DNA from: a virus
Lineage: Duplodnaviria; Caudoviricetes
Direction: 5' to 3' (one strand)
Virus record (IMG/VR): IMGVR_UViG_3300034272_000911
Location: 1 to 59,628 of that record
DNA: 59,628 bases
In this document: positions 18,321 through 27,300 of the stretch, piece after piece
Layout: each line of letters begins with the position of its first letter
Numbering within the stretch: position 1 is the first letter of the stretch
The notes under the pieces: model-generated
The model's input: the letters and a program-made list of their open reading frames with translations, nothing else
What the model was told of the DNA's origin: nothing
Database searches by the model: none
Position numbers and translations under genes: made by a program

Positions 18321-21300
18321 TGAGCTCACTCGACCTTCTGCGATCCGTTCTTGAGGAAGACCCGACTGTCGGCACCGGCGAGGCGACTCAGAAGAACCTT
18401 CGCCGTGCGGAGGCGATCAGGCGTGAGTCCGTTCCCGGTCAGCGAGGCGCGCTCTCGACGCTGGACGACGTCCTCAACAGCTCCCCTCCCGAGCCTGCTC
18501 CCGTTCGCGCTCAGGCAATACCTGCCGCTACGGAACCACAGCAGGCGCGTGGCGAGTACCGGGCGTCCGAGTTCGCCGGGGACGCTGGTCGCAAGCTCCG
18601 CGGCGCGCTCGTAGGCGGATCGCTCGGCGTCCCGCAGGGCATTCAGGAAGCCGCCAAGGGAGGTCTGCGCGCCGGTATCAGCGGCGAGTCGCGCCCGGTT
18701 CCGTTCGCTCGCGCTGTCGAGAGCGGCATGAACTGGATCATGGACGCCACCGGCTTCCTGTCGTACGCCGAGCAGGCGAAGAAGCGCGACGAAGCCGTCG
18801 CAACGTTCGACCGTCTGGTCTCGGGCGCGAAGATCCCGGGTCTGGAAGGACTGGCTGAGTACGGCTCCCGCGTGCAGCGCGACATCGAATCCGGCATCTC
18901 GGATGAGGGCAAGCGCCGCATCGAAGGATCCACCCCGCGTGGGAACATCCTCAAGGGCGAGCTCAGCTTCGGCGACGACCCGACGCTCTCAGGCTACGCG
19001 CTGCAGTTCGCCGGGGTGCTCGGCTCAATGGCGCCCACCATCGCGACTGCCATCGCCACCCGCAGTCCGAGGGCGGCTGCTGCTGTCGGCGGCGGTCAGG
19101 CGGCGAACGAAGCCTCCAGCACCGCTCGCGAGTACATCGGCAACCTGTCTGACGAGCAGCTCACCGAGGTCAGCCCGTACTACAACACCCTCATCCGCAC
19201 GGGCATGTCCCCCGAGGAAGCGCGCCAGATCGTCACGGACAAGGCGGCTGAGACGGGCGCCGCGCTCCAAGGCATGGTCGCCGCGGTGGGCTCGCAGATC
19301 ACCGGCAAGCTCGTCACAGGCGCCTACGACAACATCCTGCGCCGAGTGGGCAGGAACGGCGCTGGCGCTACCGCAGCTGGCGCCGCGTTCGGCGCGCTCG
19401 AAGAGGGCGTGCAAGAGACGGCTGAAGGCGTCGCCTCTGACGTCGGCATCCGCTCGCAGATCACGGACAAGGAGATCGGCACCGACTCGGCGGCGAACTT
19501 CGTGCTGGGCGCCCTTGGCGGCGCGGCGGTGGGCGGCGTCAGCGGTGCACGCTCGACCCCCGCGAGCACCCTCGACTCCTACCTGAGCGGAGCCATCGAC
19601 GGCGCCCGGTCGAACCCCGAGGCTGTCACCCGGCAGGCTCGGATGGCCCTCGACCCGAATCGGGACGTGGCGCTCGACCCGCGGGCAAACGTCCGCCCTG
19701 CGGACAGCGAGCTGGGCGACGTCGCCATAACCCCGGGCGCGGCGCCAGACCAACAGTCGAGAACAGCTGTTGCGACCCAGCAGGATCGACCGGAGGACTT
19801 GCAGGGCGGTCAGCCGACCGGCACCCAGACTGTCGCTTCGGCGCAACAGCAGGGGGAGCCCAAGTCGCCCTCGCTGCAGACGCTCGACCAGATCCTGAAC
19901 AGCTCCGAGGAGAGCCTCCTCGCGCAGGTCGACGCGCAGAACCAGCCGCCGCCTGCCCAGCCGCCTGCCCCGAACCAGTCGTTCGTGGACGCCGTGGAGT
20001 CGATCAAGAGCGACCTCGGGATCGACCAGAGCGACACGCTGAGCCTGACCGAGGTCACGGACAACACCCGCCTGAAGCGCTTCAAGAGCGCGCTGGAGGG
20101 CGCTTTCGGCGTGAAGGTGCACTTCGTCGACTTCGGCGAGCAGCTGACCACTGGATCCGGTCGCCAGCTCGGCGCGTTCAACGGGTACCGCCACAACGAC
20201 ACGATCTTGGTGGACGCGAAGGACGTCGACCTGATCAACACCACGTGGCACGAACTGACCCACGTGCTCGAAACCCGGCACGCGGACGTCTACGCCAAGC
20301 TGCGTGACACGCTCGTCCCGAACTTGGATCCCGAGATCCGCCAGAACCTGATCACCGCCCTGAACCAGCGGCGGCAAGCCGAGGTCGGTCGCGACCTGAG
20401 CCAGCAGGAGCTCGACTCCGAGCTGGTGGCGTACGCGGTCGGGGACATCATGCAGAACCCCGAGTCGCTCGGGCAGATGTTCGACAGCTTCGGAGACCCC
20501 TCGGTCGCCAAGCAGTTCCGTGACATCGTCATGGACATCCTCGACAACCTCGTCAAGGTCATCCGCGGCCCCCAGTACATCAGGGAGCAGCAGGCGCTCG
20601 TCAAGGCTCGCAAGTCGGTCATCTCTGCCTTCGCCGAGTACCAGAAGCGCGAGGCTCAGAAGCAGATGGGCGCAGCCCCCGCGGCGCAGCCCACGGCGGC
20701 GCCTGCGGCGGCGCAGGTCGCCACCCCTGCCACGCCCACGGCTCCGGCTGCGACGCCTCAGGGAGCCCCTGCGGCGCCCGTCGCGCAGGCTCCTGCCGCC
20801 ACGCCCACCATCCGCTTCCCGACCGCCGAGGACATGGAGGCAGACGCCAGCGCTGGCGCCGCCCCCACCCCCAACTTCACGGTCTCGTACGCCACGCCTC
20901 AGCCGACAGCTGTGGGACAGCAGCGAACAGCTGTCAGCCCCTCGGGCTCAGAAAATGAGCCTACCGAACAGACCGCGCAGCCTGCAACGACCGGTTCTAC
21001 CGCTGGCGAAAACAGCTCCGGCGGTCAGTTCATGCGCCCGGCGGATCTCAAGGTCACCGGCGAGTTCGCTGGCGAGATGTTCCTGAGGGCTGTCCGCGAG
21101 TCCCCGGCTGAGATGACCGGGCTCTACATCGACTCCTTCGGGCGCGAGATCAACGCCGACCTCGCACGCGAGCTCTCGCCGATCTACCAGCAGAACCCCG
21201 CCGCGTTCGCGTCGTACGTCCACGAAGGCGCGTCTGCTCTGATCAAGCTGGTGTTCGACCAGCTGTTGGCGACAGCGTCGAGCACGGACGTCGTCCGCTT

Positions 21301-24300
21301 CACGGCTGGCGGCGGTGGCTCGGGCAAGGGCTTCGCGCTCGGCACGCTCAATCTCGTCAACGACAGCACGATCATCTACGACGGCACGCTCAGCAAGCTC
21401 GCGACCGCGACGAACCTGATCAACAAGGCGACCGCCGCAGGGCTCACGACCGAGGTCTACTACATCAACGCCGACGCCAAGTGGTCATTCGGCAACGCGC
21501 TCAAGCGCGGCACGACCAAGGGTCGCACGGTTCCTCTGGAGGCTCTTGCCGAGGCGCACTTCGGCGCCGCCAACGTCATCCGTCAGCTGGATGGAATGTA
21601 CAAGGGCAAGATCCTTGTGCGCGTCATCAACAACACCCCGGCGGGTGCTACCTACGGAGCGATCGATGACGTTCCGCGGTATAATCTCGACGAACTGAAA
21701 GGATGGATGTATGAAGAACTCGACCGCAGGGTCAAAGACGGATACCCGCTCAACCTCGCCGCAGGCTTCGCGCCCGACAAGTATTCTGTCGAAGGTCGCA
21801 TCGGAGAGCCCGCCGAACGAAACGATGGAGCAGTTCGAGGCGAGGTACGACGAGGAGATGCTGCGCCGCGTCGCGAGCGCGTCGAACAGCCCGAGCAACC
21901 CGCTGCTCCGGCTCGCGCAGATGGGCGCCAAGAAGGCGTAAGCCAGCCTTCTTCTGCGCCCGAGACGATACCGTCCGGTACGGAAACACAGCAACGGCAG
22001 TACGGGCGCAAGGTAGACGTCAGCCCGGAGCCTAAGCAGCCGAAGAAGCCCGAGATCAAGCGCGCCGGTCGGTTCAGCTACGAAGAGCTGCCGAGCGGTC
22101 GCATCGTCGTGCGCGAACAGGCTAATCGTGTCCGCTCCCTCGTCAGCGATATTGCCAAGGCGTCCAAGTACGACGAAGACGCGATCGCCTTCAGGGCTGT
22201 CGACGCCGCGGCTGTCGTCGAGGCGATGAAGAACGCCCCGAAGGCTGACAAGAAAATCGCCAGAGATATACAGCGTCGCCTCGGTCTCACGGACGAGGAG
22301 CTTAACGCGACCTCCCTTGCGTTCCAGACCGGCGAAGCTGGCAGGCGCGCCTTCGACACCCCGTTCGCCGGAGACCTGACCGACACAGTCGAGTACCTCC
22401 AGAATCGCCGCCTTGAGTCTGGACTCAGGACGCTCAACCTCGCGGAAGAGGCAGACCGCGAGACGCTCGCCAAGCTGGTCACCGCGGAAGTTCTTGCCGC
22501 CATCGGGGCTGGCGAGAACGCTCAGGAATGGTACGACGCGACGATCGCCAAGCTGATGAGCCTCGCCGCCCTGAAGTACCCAGAGCTGGCAACCGACCGC
22601 GAAGCTCAGATGGCTTTCCGCATCGCGATTGCGGTGTCCTCGCAGGGGCTGAACGTCAGGGACAACATCAAGTTCGCGATGGGCGTGTATGCCGACTACC
22701 GAAAGGACGGCAAGTTCCCTGAGCGCGGGTCAGGCGAAAGCGCGGCGAAGATGGCAGGGAACTTCGCGCTCGCAAACGACATGATCGGCAGGCTCGGCAG
22801 GAACGAGTTCATGCGATTCCTTGAGACGCCGTTCACTGCTGGCGAGCTCAGGGCGATGGGTCATAACGTAGACGAGCTCGTCGACGAGATGGTGCTCGGG
22901 TCTTCCATCTTCGGCCCCAAGATCGGGTTTGGCTTCTACTCAAACCTGTCTGGGAACTTCGAGCCAGTCACCATCGACATGTGGTTCATGCGAACCATTG
23001 GTCGCCTGATTGGCGCCCTTCGCGCATTCGACGAAGAGAGGTTCGCGGATCAGCTCCAAACCTTCCGCGGCTCGTTCGAGCAGACAGGCAACGACGGCAT
23101 CTACTCCAGCCAGTTCGATCCCGCCCTCGTCGAGAGGGCGAAGACAGACCGCGAAGCGGCTATCACGCTCGCAAGGTTGGTCGACTCGGCGCACGAAAGG
23201 GACTTCAGTGCCAACAAGGAGTCCTACAAAAACAAAACGCGAGTAAAGAGCAGGTTCGTCAACGCCGCGTCAGCGATGATCATCTCGCTCGACAAGCCGA
23301 AGGACGCCCCGGCGAGCGGCGGGGAGCGGCGGCTTCTGCGCGACGTTGTCCGCAAGGCGGTCGACATGGTCAAGGAAGCACACGGGAGTCGTGTGCCGCC
23401 TGCCGCTTTGCAGGCTCTCATCTGGTATCCTGAGCAGGAGCTCTACAAGTCGCTTGGGGTCGACCTCCCGGTAACCAGTCAGGACTACGCAGGGGCAATC
23501 ACTAAGCTCCTTTTGGAAGAGGGATACGATGAACGAGAACTCAGGGCAGCAGCCGAATCTGGATCAAGACGCGCACGACAGGCGTCTGTTGCAGATGTCG
23601 AGGGAAGAGATCAGGGAGCTCGCCAAGAAAACCGCGGAGGCGGTGAAGGCGAAGGGTCTCGCACGCTCACCCGAAGGGAGCGAGACCGAATTCTCGTCTC
23701 CCGGACGATTCGACGCTATCGAACGGGCGATGCACAAGCACCCCGGGCTTACAAGAGAAAAAGCTCAGGCGATGATGGACGAGTTCGGGTTCTAGATACC
23801 CCAGTCGTTGCGGAGTACCAGCCCGAGCTGGTCTTCAAGAACAGGCTCGGCACGATCGGCAAACCTGCGCCGAAGATGTACGAGCTGTCCGGTGGGGCGG
23901 CTCTGTTCCGCTCCTCCATCCTCTCCGCGAAGAGCGCCAGCCAGTTCGGCGCCGCGGTCAGCGTCTACGATGAAGCCGCCTACGCCACGATGCGCCTGTT
24001 CCTGTCCGAGGACGGCAAGTCTGGCTTCGCGCTCAAGGACGACGGCGACATCGTGTCCGTGTTCAGCGGCACCAAGGGCGCGGCGAACGCCATGCTCCAG
24101 CTCGCTGTGGACGAGGGCGGTCGCAAGCTCGACGCGTTCGACACGATCCTCCCCGAGATCTATGCGGACAACGGGTTCAGGACTGTCGCTCGCACCCCTT
24201 GGGACGAGAGCCAGAAGGAGCCGGACTGGGACAAGTCCGTCTTCCGCGAGTTCAACAACGGCGAGCCGGACGTCGTGTTCATGGTCTACGACCCTGAGAA

Positions 24301-27300
24301 CGCGTCTGAGTCTGGCGGTGAGCGGGTCGCGTCCTACGGCGACGGGCTCGACGCCCAAGCCGCTGCTCTGGAGTCACTCCCCAAGCCCAAGCCCAAGTCG
24401 ACCGGGCAGTTCAGCCGCAAGCTCGTAGAGCTCGCCGCCAACCAAGCGCCCGGGGCTCCCCAGCTCTTCGGGATCAGCGAGACCCCCACTGTTCTGCGCG
24501 CTGTCGGCGCTCCCCGACAGCTGTTCGTCATGGAGGGGAAGAACGTCGCGAAGGTGGTGAACCCGTCGTTCACCGGTCGCGTCAGCGAGGAAGACGGCGG
24601 CGTCCGTCGCAACGCGGCTGGATTCGTCGTCCAGACCGCACGTCGCATCCCGCTCACGGTCGATGAGATCTACGCCGTCCCGCGCCTGATCGCTGACCCG
24701 ATCGCCGTCATCAAGAGCGACGGCAGCAAGCCCGGTCGCCGCTACGGCTACAAGGTCATCATCGGGATGGTCAAGGACGGCTTCCCCGTGGTCGCCATCG
24801 TCCACCCCGACGTCCGCTACGGTGACAACAGAGCCTCGGAGATCGCCAGCGTCTACCCTGTGAACGAGCCCAACTCGCTCGCAGAGATGAACCGCGAGCT
24901 GAACAGCTCCAGCCTCGTCTACTTCGACAAGGGCAAGGCTATGGCGCTCGCAGCGCGCATCGGCAGGAACCTGCCGAGCCTCGCGAAGATCACGCCGACG
25001 CTCGCCAAGACGCCTAACTCCGTCCCCAGCCGCACGCTGCCTGTCATCCCCAACAGCAACTGGATGCGGAAGCTGGAGATCGGCGGCACCGGAGATCCAG
25101 TCGATCCCAACACCGGATTCGCACGCCGCGTTCCCACGCCGGGCAACCGCTTCACCCTGCCTGCTCGCACTCGCAGGGAGCAGTTCGTCGAGAACCTGTT
25201 CGAGAACCGGATGTCCCGCGTCGAGGACATCCAACAGGCTGTTGAACAGCAGGGTGGCACGCTCAGCATCGCGGACGCTCAGGGCAACGTCTTGGGCAGC
25301 ACCGACCTCTCCAGCGCCGTGCAGCGTATGCGTGGCGCCGTCCGCGGTCGCCTCGACCGCTTCAAGAAGGAGGTCGAGATCCCGATCATCGAGGAAGCCG
25401 CCAAGGCTGGCGTGAACCTCGAAGAGGTCGCTCAGTACCTGTACGCCGTGTACGCGCCGGAGCGCAACGCGATCATCCAGCAGCGCAACCCGACGCAGTT
25501 CCAGATTGACGGCGGCTCCGGTATGACGAACGCCGAGGCGACACAGATCGTTGCCAGCTTCCGCGCTCGCCGGAACTTCGCCGACATCCAGCGCATCGCC
25601 AACCGGGTGCGGAACATCTCGGTGATGACGCAGAACCTGCTCCTCGCCGAGGGACTGGTCGAGCCGCAGGTCGTCGCCCAGTGGCGAGCGGACAGCCCAA
25701 ACTACGTCCCGCTGCGCGGCTTCGAGGACTTCGACGAGTCGACCGGCAACCCGCTGGGTGCTGGGTCGTTCGGGCGAATGGATCCGCGCAACCCGTTCGC
25801 TCGCACCGCGAAGGGTCGTGAGACCCGTGCCGGGCAGATCCTTGAGAACATCCTCAAGGACTACTCGGACGCGGTCGTGCTCGCCGAGAAGAACAAGGTC
25901 TACCGCCTGCTCTTGCAGTTCGTGCAGACCAACCCAGACCCAGCGCTCTGGCAGGTCAACGCGCCGAAGGTCTCGCGCTCGTACTACAAGGGCGGCATGA
26001 CCCCGCTCGGCTACGTGCAGGGGACTGTTCGCATCGCCTTTGAGGTGAACGAAGACCCGGCGCAGACCATCGCTGTCCGCGTGAAGGGGCGCCCCGTGTT
26101 CATCCGCGTGCAGGACGAGGGGATGCTGGAAGACCTCCAGCTTACCGGAGCCATCGGCAGCGGCGAGCAGGCGAAGCTCTACTTCCGCGTGTGGTCTGGC
26201 GTGATGCAGACGCTCGCGAAGCTCCGCACCACCCTGTCCCCGGCGTTCGTGTTCATCGACGCGATCCGAAACACCGAGACCGGCGGCTTCTGGAACTTGG
26301 TGAAGTACGGGCCGAAGGTTGCCGGGAAGGCGTATGCGCGCCTGTTCAAGTCGGCACGGGTCGCTTGGAAGGCTGAGCGAGAAGGCACGTGGCAAGGCAA
26401 CAACGACACGATCACCATCCGTGAGCCGGGCCAGCCCCCGCGTACCATCACGCTCAAGGAAGCCTACGACATGTTCCGTGCTGATGGCGGCAAGGTCGGC
26501 TTCCTCGACATCAAGGAAATCGAGGACATTCAGGGCGAGATCCAGCGGATGTTCCGCGCCGCGCAGGTCGCCGGGTCTCTCGACCCGCGCACCTACGGCA
26601 CCCAGCTGGTCAGCATGATCGGCAAGGTCGAAGACCTGATGCTGGATGCGGCTGGCTCGGTCGAGATCGCGATGCGGTTTGCGACCTACATGGCTCGCCT
26701 TGAGGCTGGCGCCAACCGTCAGGAGGCGACCGACGCCGCGAAGAACGTCACGGTGAACTTCGACCGCAAGGGCAAGTGGACGCCGCACCTCGGTCTGCTC
26801 TACATGTTCGCCAACGCCAACATCCAAGGCACGCGTGCGACCTACAACCTGATCTTCAAGTCTGGCAAGGCTGGTCTCGCCCTCGGTGGCGCGCTCGCCG
26901 CTCTCGGGTACGCCATCGCCCAGCTCGGGTCTGGCGTGTCAGGCGATGACGACGAGCCGTACTGGGACAAGCAGCTCTACAAGAACACGAAGATCAAGAG
27001 CCTGCTGTTCTTCACGCCTGACGGGAACACCGTCACGATCCCGATGGCGTACGGCTCGGGCTTCTTCGTCAACCTCGGGTACGCGCTCAGCGACTTGCAG
27101 CGTGGAGTGCCTCTGGCGAAGGTCGCGGCGTTCATGCGCGACTCGTTCTTCACGCACTTCTCGCCGTTCGGCTCTCTGGAGAACCCGGCTACGTTCGCGT
27201 CTCCGACGCTGCTCGACCCGTTCGCGGTCGTGAACATGAACATGACGGAGCAGGGCATCCCGCTGATGCCGGATTCGTCGTTCGAGCCGGGCAAGCCTGA

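Noticed and set aside
18903-26618. Other +1-frame ORFs inside the giant gene (18903, 20520, 23010, 23808, 25758, 26319)
   Set aside because: S/R/P/T-rich shadow composition, and the main frame keeps normal codon bias there, unlike at 21711 and 23529.
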